DNA of 58,675 nucleotides, the filler included, from Asterionella formosa (taxonomy: Eukaryota), in assembly GCA_002256025.1 (NCBI GenBank). It is 5 parts of 5 records of this genome, joined end to end, with 100 filler letters (N's around TTAATTAATTAA, not from the genome) between each part and the next. Parts side by side here need not be neighbours in the genome. Positions count along the whole stretch, not along the records: positions 47,040 to 58,675 come from NKIB01008272.1; 4 more parts are not named here. One strand, given 5' to 3'. This document shows, piece after piece, positions 47,799 to 58,675 of the stretch. A program made the translations under genes and the position numbers. Every line of letters begins with the position of its first letter. Within the stretch, counting starts at the first letter, position 1. Under the pieces are notes generated by a model. That model had not been told where the DNA came from, made no database searches, and worked only from the letters and a program-made list of their open reading frames with translations.

Positions 47799-49481
47799 AT
47801 GTTTCCATCCCCATGGAAGCTCCCAGCCAAGCCCGCCCACGGCCACGACACGATCGGGTCCATGTTTGGAGGATTCCTTACCGTCATGGTCCCGTTCGGT
47901 CTCGCTGCATGGATGTACACCCGATCAGTATCAGCGTCCGTCGGGGCCTTTATCGCCGCTCCGGGCCTAGCCATTCTCCAAGGCGCCATTGGCATCCTCA
48001 GCTACCGACATCACTTTGGCGATTCGCCACAACCTCAAACGCCGGCGCACGGTGTCATTGTTGTAAATCCCGAGCACCTATCGCCACAACAGCCCGTTCA
48101 CCATGGGCAAGTGGGATGCTGTTGCATGGGAGGGAAGCGCTGGAGACGAGGCGGGCCGTTGTCAGAACGAGAACAACTGGTTGTTGCTAAAGCTGCCAAA
48201 GCACCGATGCTCCGATTGCTAGTCATTGGAGATTCTCTGGCGATTGGAGTCGGAACCAATCGATCGTGCACGCCGCTGCTGCCGGAAGTTATCGCAAGGA
48301 CGCTATCCAAAAGTATGGGTGGACGAGCAGTGTGTTGGACTAGTCACGGAGCAGCAGGGGCTAGTGCGGGATGGATTGTCCAGGAACTGGAGCGAGAGAT
48401 CGACGTAACAAAAGACGACCAAAGTCAACCTGGATCGGTGGAGCTATCGGATTCATCAGTAGATTCTTCGCAATCAGACGGAAGAAGTATTGAGACATCA
48501 TCTGAACATAGCCGCGACGATGCAAGCCAGTCGGACGACAAACAAGTTAATGATCAGGTTGACTGGCAATCATGGCGAAGCCGCCTTCACCGTCTTCGGA
48601 AGAGATTTGACCCTCAATTCTTGGGACCCTATGACGTTTGCGTGGTATTGACAGGATCCAATGATCTCAAGGCAGATTTTTTCCCTTTTTTACTGCATCG
48701 GGACGAACGGGAATTTCGACGTCAAGCGCAAGCCAGAGGCGGATCGTATTCCGGCGAACTGAGTCGTGTGCTGGAGGTATTGAGCAAGCGAATGAAATTG
48801 ACCGTGCAGGAATCGATTGAGCGAGTGAAAGAGCAAATGCACATATCATCAACGTCACCTACTAAAGCCACATCATCGGAGCCTATTTCTGTCGACACTG
48901 TCATGGACCAAGATGAGCATAATGCCGTTCAGGAGCCTGCTACACCTAATCATTTCAACAGACCGTTAATTGTCTTGCCTGGCAATCCAGCCCGCGCACT
49001 TCCTAGTTTTCAGGTATACCCACTCAAGTGGTTGTCTGTACCCATGGTTGCAATTACTGATAACAACAAGCGAAATCTAGCACAAGCACATCCCGAGAAT
49101 GTGCTGTTTGTGGAAGCGGCCACCCCGGAACAAATTATGGAATACGAGGCCCAGCAAGGCCCGTTATGGGACCAACGAGTCAAGGAAGATACTCTCATCG
49201 CACTCCGTGACATTTCCAAGACTGCCTGTCAACGAGTCGAATGCAGCATGATGAATTATTACAATACCAAGGCACGAAAATATGGACTTTCCCCAGTTGT
49301 CACAGTAGAACCAATTGAAGTATCACAAACCAATGCGCCCACTCCACCCCTGTCGGAACGGCCTGGCAGGCCTGGGTCAAAAATATTTTCATGTGATGGT
49401 GTGCATCCCAATGACGAAGGCTACGATTTTTGGGGACGACATATTGCTAATGCAATTGTCCAGGAGCTCAATAAGAAATGA
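47799..49481 (+). CDS. SGNH/GDSL hydrolase with N-terminal TM segments
   Basis: Blocks LVIGDSLAIGVG, HGAAGAS, LTGSND and DGVHPN. Confidence 0.85.
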   Translation: MFPSPWKLPAKPAHGHDTIGSMFGGFLTVMVPFGLAAWMYTRSVSASVGAFIAAPGLAILQGAIGILSYRHHFGDSPQPQTPAHGVIVVNPEHLSPQQPVHHGQVGCCCMGGKRWRRGGPLSEREQLVVAKAAKAPMLRLLVIGDSLAIGVGTNRSCTPLLPEVIARTLSKSMGGRAVCWTSHGAAGASAGWIVQELEREIDVTKDDQSQPGSVELSDSSVDSSQSDGRSIETSSEHSRDDASQSDDKQVNDQVDWQSWRSRLHRLRKRFDPQFLGPYDVCVVLTGSNDLKADFFPFLLHRDEREFRRQAQARGGSYSGELSRVLEVLSKRMKLTVQESIERVKEQMHISSTSPTKATSSEPISVDTVMDQDEHNAVQEPATPNHFNRPLIVLPGNPARALPSFQVYPLKWLSVPMVAITDNNKRNLAQAHPENVLFVEAATPEQIMEYEAQQGPLWDQRVKEDTLIALRDISKTACQRVECSMMNYYNTKARKYGLSPVVTVEPIEVSQTNAPTPPLSERPGRPGSKIFSCDGVHPNDEGYDFWGRHIANAIVQELNKK

Positions 49482-49785
49482 AAGAAACAAAATTCTTTGT
49501 TAAAAAGAACACAACTGTAGAAAATAGTCTTACTCTGGGTAGATTCAAGTCTATGGTAAAAGTTAAAAGTAAAATAGAGTCTCTTATAGTACATAGTCTA
49601 GAAATATCAAATGTCATTCAGGTATTTAGTCTACCAGTACATCTCATGATAAATACCGCATCTCGAACAAATGGATTGTCCATCAACTGTGTTCCTACCG
49701 GAACATCCAGCAGTGCGTATTTTTTGGTTATTTACCGTAATTTACTAATATTTACTATTAGACGGTACGTACACACACAATAGTC

Positions 49786-49940
49786 TACCGGTACGACTGG
49801 TACCTGGTAGTCCTATCATGCCATTTATTTGTAATATTTACAGGCAGGTACATTTTGATACGGCGCACGTACACAAATGGATTCCACACACCGGTACCAG
49901 CTACCTGTACAAGGTACCTGGTAATGTATCGCACCCAGGT
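49786..49940. promoter_or_regulatory. TACC(W)GGTA motif cluster upstream of the NBAS-like gene
   Basis: taccggta, tggtacctggta, accggtacca and aggtacctggta within ~240 bp of the ATG; function inferred. Confidence 0.4.
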
Positions 49941-50025
49941 AATGCATGGCCAATTTTGAAATGTCATTTATAGTCCGTCCTGGTTAACAAACAGCGCTCG
50001 CGACCGCCGCCATCATTAATTGGCC

Positions 50026-53000
50026 ATGACGGGAAGCAGCAGCACGCACTATGCACTGGTCCAGGAGGGACCCATCCTCACCCTCTCGGGGGAAAAACAC
50101 AAGCGTGACCTTCGCCAAGAGTTGTCGTCCATCTACTCGTCCTACGCGGAACTCTATCCGAATCCTTCTCTGACGGATGAATATTTAGAACGCGATCGGT
50201 TGCTGCAAGGGGTAAGGTCGGCTCTTGTTGCGCAGAGATCGCAGCCGATAGAAACAACCAAGCGCAAGGGTGGTTTCTTCGCTTCCTTTTTCGCCGGAGC
50301 GAGGAAAACAGCGTCCATGCCGGAGGAACCAGCAATTATTGACGACGACGACTATTTAGTCTATTCTGACATGGACATCAGTTCTCATATTGCGGACCTT
50401 TGCGGAACATCGAACGCCCTGCAACTGAACTGTGTTCCAGAAGAAGCACATTCTATGGCTAGGTTTCATCTATGCTCGCACCATCGAGGATCACCGATTG
50501 TTGTCAAAGGAAGTCCTACCCCCCTGTTGATTCTTTCACTTGGTATAGTCGCAGAACACGATGGACAACAATGGAATCACAGTCAAACGTCGGACAAGGG
50601 AGAATTGGAACAACATATATCAACCATTGAAACGAACTTTTATTTCTCACACACCAGAGCCGTGGCGGTTGGCGACAACTTTATGGCTATTTCATGGGGC
50701 CTGGGCGACGGCGTTTTGGTCCTCTACCGGCGGGCCGCGGGATTTGCTAATAAGGCCGACTGGCAAGCATTTGGATGCGCATGTCCCACCCCAGCCGTTT
50801 TGGAAAACTTGCAAGCTACCGGTGACGTTTTTCTGCAAAATCTGGATGGGAGTCTGAGTTCACAATCGTTGCGAGTGACAGATGTTTGCCCACTCGTGGT
50901 GGACCTGGGCGAGGCTGGGGCGGCAGCTACATTGGCCGTAAGTCGCTTGGGAGCGTATATGGAACTTATTCCATTGGATATGCCTTTATGGCTTGGACCA
51001 ATCTTGACCCCAAAGACACATAAACCAGCTAAGCGCCAAAAATCAAAGCGTGGCACACCGCAACATTATGCAACCGGCCACTTGTACAACATCTGTAGCG
51101 AAGGCGGCGTCGCAGCCTTAACAACGTCGGAACATCATTCAGATATTCTTACATTAGAGGCCTTTCGAACATCAGTTAAAATTGATATGGAATGGGATGC
51201 CATCCTCTACCCAGACTCACCGCCGGCAGAGTATGTCTTGGCGGCAACTGGAACTGCAAATGGCGAGGAAATGATCACCTTTTGGGCAATTTCGACGGTA
51301 TTCTCGGAAATTTCTGTAGAATCTTTTAGATTGCATGTAATACTTTTGGATGCTCTCTGCGTTGGGAAAGTCGGCGCAGACGTCTCTTTATTTGCAACTG
51401 ATGAAATTACTCAACATTGGAGACGTCCCCGATTTGTTGCCTTGAGACCTTTCGATCAAGTGGAGCGTATTATAAGTGGGACTGAAGAGAAACCGACGAA
51501 ACGAAATAAATTGAGTACCTTGTCAACACTCGCTCCAATTGTATCTATGCGATTTTGTTTCCAGGACGGACGTGCGTTGCTTGTAGTCTTGGATTTTAAC
51601 GGAGGCATTACTTTGGTGGATTCCACTCATGTCATGGCGCATGCATCTCAACGTTTGAATGTGGAGCAAATACAAAAAATGGAGCAACAGCAAATGCCGA
51701 TGACTTCAATATCAATGAGCAGATCAGAAATAAGTAAGCAAACAGGTGGTCGTGTAGTCGACGCTGATTGGATGGCAACGGGAAATCTGGTCACAACATC
51801 ATCGCTCGGCAAGCTACAAATTATTATATGGGATGGAAATCAACTTCATGGCAGCATTGGTATTCCAACCATTTCACAGGGCTCAAAAATTCTTAATATT
51901 TACAATGACGAGATTTCCATTTTGATGAAGAAATCCAAGGGTCTGGCGCTTTGCTCGATTCAAAAGCTAGACCCCATTACTATTATTCAAAGGCTAGCCC
52001 AAGCCGGAAAATTTAAGGAAGCTATTGCGGCATCCATAAGTGTTGCGAACCATTCAGAAATCGCTGATGTGGTAGACATGTGTCACAGGACGTTGTGGAG
52101 GACTGATCATGCTGTTGAAAACTTAGCAGAGGTCGCCGACGAATTGTTTGTCACTGAGCAAGTCTTGAGTCTCTTCGAGAACCCAGCGTATAATGTTAAC
52201 GGGATACAATTTGAAGTTGGAGTGCAAGCTTGTTTAGTGGCATTGAATAGATTGAGGAATGCACGACAAGCTATAGCATTACAAATTGGAGTCGAGAAAG
52301 GAGTCGATGATTTGAAGTCAAAGGTGAGGAATGTTTTCATCAAGCTTGGGACTTTCTCGCTGCTGTGTGAAGCATATAGTGTGAAAGCAACACTTGTAAA
52401 TTTTAGAGATAGATTCATGAACGTTCCAATTGAAGAACTGGCTAAATCCATTGCTGGAAAGGGAGATGTTGTCAGCCTCACTGTCCTAATGTATCGCCAC
52501 AGACATGAATTGCGGACCCTGCATTTGGAAATTGTAAGTAAACTGCCACTGACTTTAGATCCAGCTACGTATTGTCACCTCCTTCCCGTACAAAGACCAG
52601 ATGGAGACTTCTTTATGCTGTGCGACGAACAAAAGGGCGTTCGACAATGGGCGTTCATGAATGTGTACATGAAGGAAACGATGAAGAAAAGGCTTGATCA
52701 TGATGACATTGATGCAGGTTCCCTTGCCGAGGCACTAGCTTCCCCCATAGGCGAAAGCAACGGCCCAGCAAGTCCGACAGAACTGGCAGGATGGTATCTG
52801 GATCGTGCATTAGCATTGGAAGCAGCTGTTGGAACGTTGGGTAAACTGGAGACCTTTTGTGCGCTGGCTTTGAAATGTCTATTCATCACAAATAAGCCTA
52901 CCCATCACGATGAATCGTCAATCTCCAGGCTTTATTCGATGAAGATTTCGGCTCGCTGTCTTGATGAACTGGGAATTGCGGACTCCACACGAATGGGTGG

Positions 53001-56000
53001 AAAAGGGATTTCCATTGACACTTGGCGAGTATCAGCATCTGAGCTATTAGAAATGCCACTTGATCAGCTCATTGCAACCCTCCTCAGTTCATCTCAAGAT
53101 CCACTCGAGGTTTTCTCTAGACTTAAAACCATGGTTTTCCCAATCCTGAATCTCCCCAGTCACTCCTCCGTACGCGCCAAATATCAAAATGAACAGGAAG
53201 CCGAAGCAAGCACAGAAGGTGCGATTGTAGCATATTGTTTGGCGCAGATCAATTCTACCAAGGGTGACTCATCGGAGAGTTTTATCGCTTCTTCTTCAAT
53301 GATGCAAATTCGGTTTATGCGAGACACTTTGACTACTTGTGCCATGATAGCGAACGCGAGTAGATCGTCCATCACTAGACAAGACAGACTGATCAAGAAT
53401 AGGGCGACAATGATGACTTTCGTCGCAGAAGTTTTCTATTCAGTGTCCGCTGCAACCTCTGACCTTTCTTTGCTTTCGTCTGATTGTCGGCACATCATTG
53501 AATTGCTCTGGGAAATGTATGAGTGCCTGCCAAACCAAGTATCCGTGGATGAGAAGTTAGATGAAACAGCGTTGAGTTTGCATTCAAAAGTTGACATTCT
53601 TTACCGGCATTTGATTGCCATTGAGTTGATGTCACGATGGGCTCCCAACATTGCGGTACCGTATGCATCAAAGCTTAAACATGCAACTGGTACCGACGCA
53701 ATGATGCAACTAGGAATTGAAATGGTTACTCGAATGTGTCAAACATTTTGCAAAAATCTCAAAAAAGAGAATGGGCATACAACGAACAATGAAGATTTCA
53801 TTTCGCTTCTTGACCTGATCTCGGATCTCAAGCAGATTAGCATAGCTTGTTTCGATTCGTCTCTCGACCTTGGTACAGTTGTAAACTGTGAGCTGATTAT
53901 AACTTTGCTGCAAAGGGGACAATTACACCTGATTTCAACCCTACTTTCCAAGAACTTATCTTTGGTGAGCAATTCTGAAGTCGAAAGGGCTGTTGTTACT
54001 TTTGTGAATGGGGCAATGTTTGACGATGACACAACATCCACACTTGCAAGCGGTGCGAGTATTCAACTAGCTATGCGCTGCCAGGATATTCTAGGACCGA
54101 GATTTCCTGCTTTACAAATCTCATTCCATTCAATGAGAAAGTATCTTGATGCTGCACATTTTGCCAATTCTGTTCTCCTTCGCGAAACAAGAGGTTCTGA
54201 AGTGAGGCCAACTGAAGTTCGTGACTCCCCTCCTCTTGATATTGTAGAGAAAGTTTTGCGAGCCAATCCTCGGGCCATCCTTGAAGGCTGTCCGGATTGG
54301 AAGAGCTCAGAATTTGCAAGTAACACAAACGCAGCAATCCTGCGTTCTTTCCAAGCTTGCTCGAATTCAAATTTTAATATAGATTCGCAACAACCCCAAA
54401 TTGCAGAGTTTCCACCATTGCCGGGCGGGGGCATTTTTCACCTCGCAATGCTGGTTGGACTTTTGAGCCAAAGTGCTTCTATTGTGGTTAAGGCGAGGGT
54501 TGCACACCACGCCCTTGCAGTGGGAATGCCTTGGATCTCTGCTACTCTTTGCTTGTCCATCATTTATGAAAGCGATGGGGCGCTATCCTCAGCTGAGATA
54601 TCACTGCTCCTCGTATTAGTAGAACAAGTGGTGACCTGTGACACTTACGATGATCTTGCGACAAGAAAGTCACTATGCCAAGCCGTTCTTATTCAGTTGA
54701 AAAGTCAGATTTCAACATCAGACTGTAAAGTTTTTGAATCGCTCTGTTGCGCATATACTGTTTTGGAATCCAGGACCAGTCGTTTCCGCCCCGAATCGTT
54801 GATCCAGCCTCAATTGGATGATAACGCAGCAGATCACAGTATTGATCATGGATCATCATTCTTGGCGTTCAGGGCGGCCGCGGCTGTTGTCAACATGGTC
54901 GGCCATCTGGATAACGATTCTCAACTTCTGAAACTGAAAGGTCCTGAACCAAGACCAATTGATCGCGTCTATAGAGAAACGATGGCGGGCTACAATACCA
55001 ACATTCATGAATTGTTTTCTATTTTACAAGTGAAGGCGTCGTCCAGTGAACCTGACGACCACCTACTGATTGCCATCGGCCGCTTGGTGACATTTTGGGC
55101 TATTACCGTGTCCTCACGACTCACCTCCGAGAATATGAATGGAACTCGTGAACATGCTGATACTGCTGAAGTGCTTCAGTTGTGCGCTGCTGTCCTCTTT
55201 CATGTGAATGACAAGGAGGTGCTCAAATCGGAAGTTATGGAGCTTCGTCAAATTGCTGAAGGGCAAGCGGAACGAGCTCTCGAACTGTCCTCACTGCATT
55301 CAACGCCAATATCCATTAGACCTGATCTTGGTATTGTCCGAGTGCTCATGGGAAGGGGATTTACCGAGAATGGAGCCAGAAGAGCCGCCGTCATGACGAA
55401 CAACGCATCTTCAGAATTAGCCTTGCAATGGGCAATCTCCCATTCCCTAGAAAGCGGTTTTGACAATCCTATCATCCTCATCAAATCGACTAATGAATCT
55501 CATGTTGACCGTAAGTTGATGGGGAAGGTCAAGGAGGTCTTGTTTCTCGCGAACCAACTGGCGAATGGGGAAACGATAATTTCGGCCTTGCTACCTCAAG
55601 TTGAATGCAATTCGGAATTACTGAATGTTATTCCTTTTCCAAAATCAACAAAGCCTGATCAATTTGTCCATCATCCTTTTCAAAAGCCGGCGACTGAATG
55701 CAGCAACGGCGATCTATCCACAAGGAGTATGTCTACAATAAGGAAAACGGCGACATCAATGACATCTGTGGAACTTCTTTCAGATTCGGTCGAACCCAAT
55801 CCTCCTGCTCCAAAGAGGCTGGTCGTTCCTTCATCCAAAGAAGCTGTACCTCGTGCCCAAAAGGTGGTTGTTCCTGTTCCACCACCACCTCCGCCACCTA
55901 CTCCTATTCCAATGCAGTCGATTGTTAGTTGCACCCAATCCATCCTTGCTCTTGCTGATGCAGCAGAGAAATCAGTGCATTCCTCTTCAGAAATTTCGCA

Positions 56001-56688
56001 TCAACCCAAGAAATCCATGGTTGCTCTTGACAAGCCTACCCCAGATCCTGCCTCTGAAGCCGAGAATTATGTGGTCATCAAGCCAAACCGCCCTCCTCCG
56101 CCCAAAGTATTGGTTAGCCCCCCGCTCAAGCCAGTTACAGAAAAACCGCCAACCTCTTTGAATCAACTCAATCCTCCTACTATTTCTGTTGCCGTTCCTA
56201 CTTCCACTACTCATTCAATGAATCATCCACAGGCAGCAACAGTTCACACTCGCTCTGGGAGTAGCAATGAAACAGGAGCATCGATTCAGCCGCTTCCTCC
56301 ACCCACTCCACGTTTGATGGATCGGTCTATCTTACGAAAGGTTGGGCAAAAGGCTCGCGTTGAAACGAATGCAGTATCGGCCATGCTCGACCCAGAAGAA
56401 CGAAAGCGATTAGTTATGAAAGGTCGCAAGCTTTTGGAACAGGCTCGCGAAAGCGGTTCTAGTCCAAATACAAAAACTGCGGACCAAAAAGCTCTTGCAA
56501 GTAATAGTAGTAGTACTTCACGATATGCGCTGAGATCAAGAGTATCCAAGACAGGGGAAACTGTCCGACCCCCGCCACCGCCACCACCACCACCCAAACA
56601 AGTACCTGTCCCACCAGAAGAAGAACCGACAATCGAGGAAGATTCAAATGAAGATGACGACGGTTCAGGTTGGGACTTCGAATTCTAA
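50026..56688 (+). CDS. NBAS: NBAS/Sec39/MIP2-like ER tethering protein with UBA domain and Pro-rich acidic tail (~2220 aa, intronless)
   Basis: N-terminal beta-propeller-like region; Sec39-type GDVVSLTVLMYRH...LEIVSKLPLTLDPATYCHLLP and LAGWYLDRALALE; UBA LMGRGFTENGARRA...ELALQW. Confidence 0.75.
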   Translation: MTGSSSTHYALVQEGPILTLSGEKHKRDLRQELSSIYSSYAELYPNPSLTDEYLERDRLLQGVRSALVAQRSQPIETTKRKGGFFASFFAGARKTASMPEEPAIIDDDDYLVYSDMDISSHIADLCGTSNALQLNCVPEEAHSMARFHLCSHHRGSPIVVKGSPTPLLILSLGIVAEHDGQQWNHSQTSDKGELEQHISTIETNFYFSHTRAVAVGDNFMAISWGLGDGVLVLYRRAAGFANKADWQAFGCACPTPAVLENLQATGDVFLQNLDGSLSSQSLRVTDVCPLVVDLGEAGAAATLAVSRLGAYMELIPLDMPLWLGPILTPKTHKPAKRQKSKRGTPQHYATGHLYNICSEGGVAALTTSEHHSDILTLEAFRTSVKIDMEWDAILYPDSPPAEYVLAATGTANGEEMITFWAISTVFSEISVESFRLHVILLDALCVGKVGADVSLFATDEITQHWRRPRFVALRPFDQVERIISGTEEKPTKRNKLSTLSTLAPIVSMRFCFQDGRALLVVLDFNGGITLVDSTHVMAHASQRLNVEQIQKMEQQQMPMTSISMSRSEISKQTGGRVVDADWMATGNLVTTSSLGKLQIIIWDGNQLHGSIGIPTISQGSKILNIYNDEISILMKKSKGLALCSIQKLDPITIIQRLAQAGKFKEAIAASISVANHSEIADVVDMCHRTLWRTDHAVENLAEVADELFVTEQVLSLFENPAYNVNGIQFEVGVQACLVALNRLRNARQAIALQIGVEKGVDDLKSKVRNVFIKLGTFSLLCEAYSVKATLVNFRDRFMNVPIEELAKSIAGKGDVVSLTVLMYRHRHELRTLHLEIVSKLPLTLDPATYCHLLPVQRPDGDFFMLCDEQKGVRQWAFMNVYMKETMKKRLDHDDIDAGSLAEALASPIGESNGPASPTELAGWYLDRALALEAAVGTLGKLETFCALALKCLFITNKPTHHDESSISRLYSMKISARCLDELGIADSTRMGGKGISIDTWRVSASELLEMPLDQLIATLLSSSQDPLEVFSRLKTMVFPILNLPSHSSVRAKYQNEQEAEASTEGAIVAYCLAQINSTKGDSSESFIASSSMMQIRFMRDTLTTCAMIANASRSSITRQDRLIKNRATMMTFVAEVFYSVSAATSDLSLLSSDCRHIIELLWEMYECLPNQVSVDEKLDETALSLHSKVDILYRHLIAIELMSRWAPNIAVPYASKLKHATGTDAMMQLGIEMVTRMCQTFCKNLKKENGHTTNNEDFISLLDLISDLKQISIACFDSSLDLGTVVNCELIITLLQRGQLHLISTLLSKNLSLVSNSEVERAVVTFVNGAMFDDDTTSTLASGASIQLAMRCQDILGPRFPALQISFHSMRKYLDAAHFANSVLLRETRGSEVRPTEVRDSPPLDIVEKVLRANPRAILEGCPDWKSSEFASNTNAAILRSFQACSNSNFNIDSQQPQIAEFPPLPGGGIFHLAMLVGLLSQSASIVVKARVAHHALAVGMPWISATLCLSIIYESDGALSSAEISLLLVLVEQVVTCDTYDDLATRKSLCQAVLIQLKSQISTSDCKVFESLCCAYTVLESRTSRFRPESLIQPQLDDNAADHSIDHGSSFLAFRAAAAVVNMVGHLDNDSQLLKLKGPEPRPIDRVYRETMAGYNTNIHELFSILQVKASSSEPDDHLLIAIGRLVTFWAITVSSRLTSENMNGTREHADTAEVLQLCAAVLFHVNDKEVLKSEVMELRQIAEGQAERALELSSLHSTPISIRPDLGIVRVLMGRGFTENGARRAAVMTNNASSELALQWAISHSLESGFDNPIILIKSTNESHVDRKLMGKVKEVLFLANQLANGETIISALLPQVECNSELLNVIPFPKSTKPDQFVHHPFQKPATECSNGDLSTRSMSTIRKTATSMTSVELLSDSVEPNPPAPKRLVVPSSKEAVPRAQKVVVPVPPPPPPPTPIPMQSIVSCTQSILALADAAEKSVHSSSEISHQPKKSMVALDKPTPDPASEAENYVVIKPNRPPPPKVLVSPPLKPVTEKPPTSLNQLNPPTISVAVPTSTTHSMNHPQAATVHTRSGSSNETGASIQPLPPPTPRLMDRSILRKVGQKARVETNAVSAMLDPEERKRLVMKGRKLLEQARESGSSPNTKTADQKALASNSSSTSRYALRSRVSKTGETVRPPPPPPPPPKQVPVPPEEEPTIEEDSNEDDDGSGWDFEF

Positions 56689-56936
56689 TTATCTCTTACA
56701 GTATGCGTGAATCGACCTTTTTACTAAAAGCTATGTATGCCTTAACGAATATGCTAATGTTTGTCAATTTGACGATGGATGGACTTGATGTTTACCGGTA
56801 GTAGTTGAAGCATTTAGTGAACATTCTTTTCCGTCTCCACTAGACTATATGCACACACTGTAACATTCTTCCTCGTCTACGGGCAATTTGTGGACATACG
56901 TGCCAGCATCTATGTCAGTTCCAGGTCTCAAATCCA

Positions 56937-57000
56937 AGGTACCAGGTGGTACCAGGTACTAGGTACCAACTAGGTACATCATCTACAGTATTACCTGGTA
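56937..57000. promoter_or_regulatory. GGTACC/TACCWGGTA cluster upstream of proline iminopeptidase
   Basis: aggtaccaggtggtaccaggtactaggtaccaactaggtac...tacctggta; function inferred. Confidence 0.4.
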
Positions 57001-57166
57001 GATATTCGAAAGTGTTGCACGCAAAATGTTTTGATTTCCGCCCAGCTACATGCATCGTCAGCCAGAATGAGCTGAGTGATGGCACCACACTATTGACACA
57101 TCTTCCATCATCATGAACACGATTGTTGCAACGCACATCGCTGTTGCTCAACATCCAGAATAAAGC

Positions 57167-58579
57167 ATGCTGCTGCGTGGAGTGATCTACGCCATCCTGT
57201 CTACTGTAACTCTCTTGACGATTACTTCAGGCGCTCCCCGCCAACCTGCTTTTGTGCCTCATGGCTGTTCACGCAAGCACAAGAAGCAAAAGCAGAAGCA
57301 CTCGACAACGCGGCAACAATTTCAAGCATCCAGCTACCTTGGGTCCCTGTCGACGACTCAGCAGTCGCTTCGGACCCTCTACCCCTCCATTACTCCATAC
57401 CACAACGCTTCTATCCAAGTCTCTGCACTGCATACCATCCAGTACCAACTTTATGGAAACCCCAACGGACTTCCAGCCTTGTTCCTTCACGGCGGACCTG
57501 GCGCTGGCTGTTTCCCAAATCATGCTCGATTCTTCGACCCTGACAAGTATTGCATCGTGCTATTGAATCAACGTGGCGTCAACAAGGTGGGGAAAGGGGA
57601 ATTTAGGGAAAATACATTGCTAGACTTGGTTGGGGATTGTGAAGCGATACGGAGCCACCTCAGCGTACCACAATGGGCTGTCGTCTTGGGTGGCTCGTGG
57701 GGATCGACACTGGCGTTGGCATATGCTCAACAACATCCGGAGAGTGTCAAAAGCATGATTCTGAGGGGAGTTTGTATGTTGCGACCAGAAGAAGTCAATT
57801 GGTTGCTAGGAAATAGCGGTGTGGCCATGTTGGATCCTGATGGGTATCAAGAGTTTTGCCAAGCTGTCAATGCTATCGTTACCGATGATACGAATGTAGT
57901 TGTGGAGAAATACTACCACAAATTATTGTCCAATGATCCAGTTCAGCGACTTGAGGCTGCCAAGGGGTGGATGAAATGGGAAATGAGAGTCTCATCGATA
58001 CACAATGAAGAAAAGGACGCCTCTGCGCCGGTCCTTGTGGGTCATTGGGGATTATGGGAATATCAAGATGCAGCTGGAAAAAAGTGGATACAAGATGACC
58101 AACTGCCATCACCTGCAATACTATTGGAACAGCTGAAACGTTCTGTGCCTGACAGTCAACGGCTTTACCAAGCGAACATGTTACCCATTCAAGAGGTATC
58201 ACCAATGGTCATCAACTCTAGTTCTTCGAGTATTGCAAAGGAAGAATACGCTACCTTTATCCCCTCCCAAGCCATGTTAACTTGTTTCTATTCTGTGAAT
58301 TACGATTATTGCTTAAATCACATTGACCTCATGTGTAATGCTCGTATGGCCAAAGTGCGTTCCATTCCAACCATTGCCATTCATGGTGGATTGGACACCA
58401 CATGTCCAGTCAACAATGCTCTGGACTTGAGCAAAGTATGGCCAGAACTTGAATTGAGACTATGCTCAAAAGCAGGGCATTCCATGTATGATGCAGCTAT
58501 TACCAATGAGTTGATTCATGCTACAGATCGATTGGCTCAGTTGTGGGAGACATTTTCTACTAAGGGAGTTTTCGAATGA
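57167..58579 (+). CDS. pip: Proline iminopeptidase (peptidase S33) with N-terminal targeting sequence
   Basis: LHGGPGAG, FFDP, GGSWGSTLALAYAQ.HP, ILRG, HGGLD..CP and AGHS. Signal peptide followed by PAFVP. Confidence 0.92.
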   Translation: MLLRGVIYAILSTVTLLTITSGAPRQPAFVPHGCSRKHKKQKQKHSTTRQQFQASSYLGSLSTTQQSLRTLYPSITPYHNASIQVSALHTIQYQLYGNPNGLPALFLHGGPGAGCFPNHARFFDPDKYCIVLLNQRGVNKVGKGEFRENTLLDLVGDCEAIRSHLSVPQWAVVLGGSWGSTLALAYAQQHPESVKSMILRGVCMLRPEEVNWLLGNSGVAMLDPDGYQEFCQAVNAIVTDDTNVVVEKYYHKLLSNDPVQRLEAAKGWMKWEMRVSSIHNEEKDASAPVLVGHWGLWEYQDAAGKKWIQDDQLPSPAILLEQLKRSVPDSQRLYQANMLPIQEVSPMVINSSSSSIAKEEYATFIPSQAMLTCFYSVNYDYCLNHIDLMCNARMAKVRSIPTIAIHGGLDTTCPVNNALDLSKVWPELELRLCSKAGHSMYDAAITNELIHATDRLAQLWETFSTKGVFE

Positions 58580-58675
58580 AGCAAGATAGTAGAGTTGCTT
58601 ACATATATTGGTGTAGGGGAGGGGTATGGAATTATTTCAATTGCAACACTTTGTCAATTTGTAAAACTATGTTAT

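Noticed and set aside
56280..56688. NBAS tail as a WASP-type VCA Arp2/3 activator
   Set aside because: The WH2 match (SILRKV) is weak and diatoms are reported to lack Arp2/3. COPI binding fits the family better.

Overview
This is not one locus. Five unrelated eukaryotic contigs of about 11.6-11.7 kb (1-11686, 11787-23452, 23553-35196, 35297-46939, 47040-58675) are joined by artificial 100-nt N44-TTAATTAATTAA-N44 spacers. The source is most likely a diatom or related stramenopile: short GT-AG introns, ASAFAP-like bipartite plastid presequences, and relics resembling CoDi-type copia, Ty3/gypsy, CryptonS and Harbinger elements. Apparently intact genes: LigB/DODA dioxygenase, CPBP/Abi protease, PRPP synthetase, NOP16, THOC6-like WD40, LtrA-family membrane protein, ARM-repeat protein, Atg22-like MFS transporter, NIT1, PX/GOLD-like coiled-coil protein, RING-H2 protein, TXNDC9/PhLP3, SGNH hydrolase, NBAS/Sec39-like protein and proline iminopeptidase. 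Contigs 2 and 3 are largely TE and pseudogene debris. The four most notable observations: (1) a co-oriented mosaic at 28984-33172 of a USP9/24-like scaffold fragment, RI-type LRRs, ankyrins, a kinase start and internally recombined 72-bp LRRs; (2) a ~130-bp repeat that ends this mosaic and also lies upstream of the Crypton relic on another contig; (3) clusters of TACC(W)GGTA/GGTACC palindromes upstream of nearly every intact gene; (4) an NBAS homolog with an added UBA domain and an acidic WxF tail. All family assignments come from motif recognition by eye; no database search was run.
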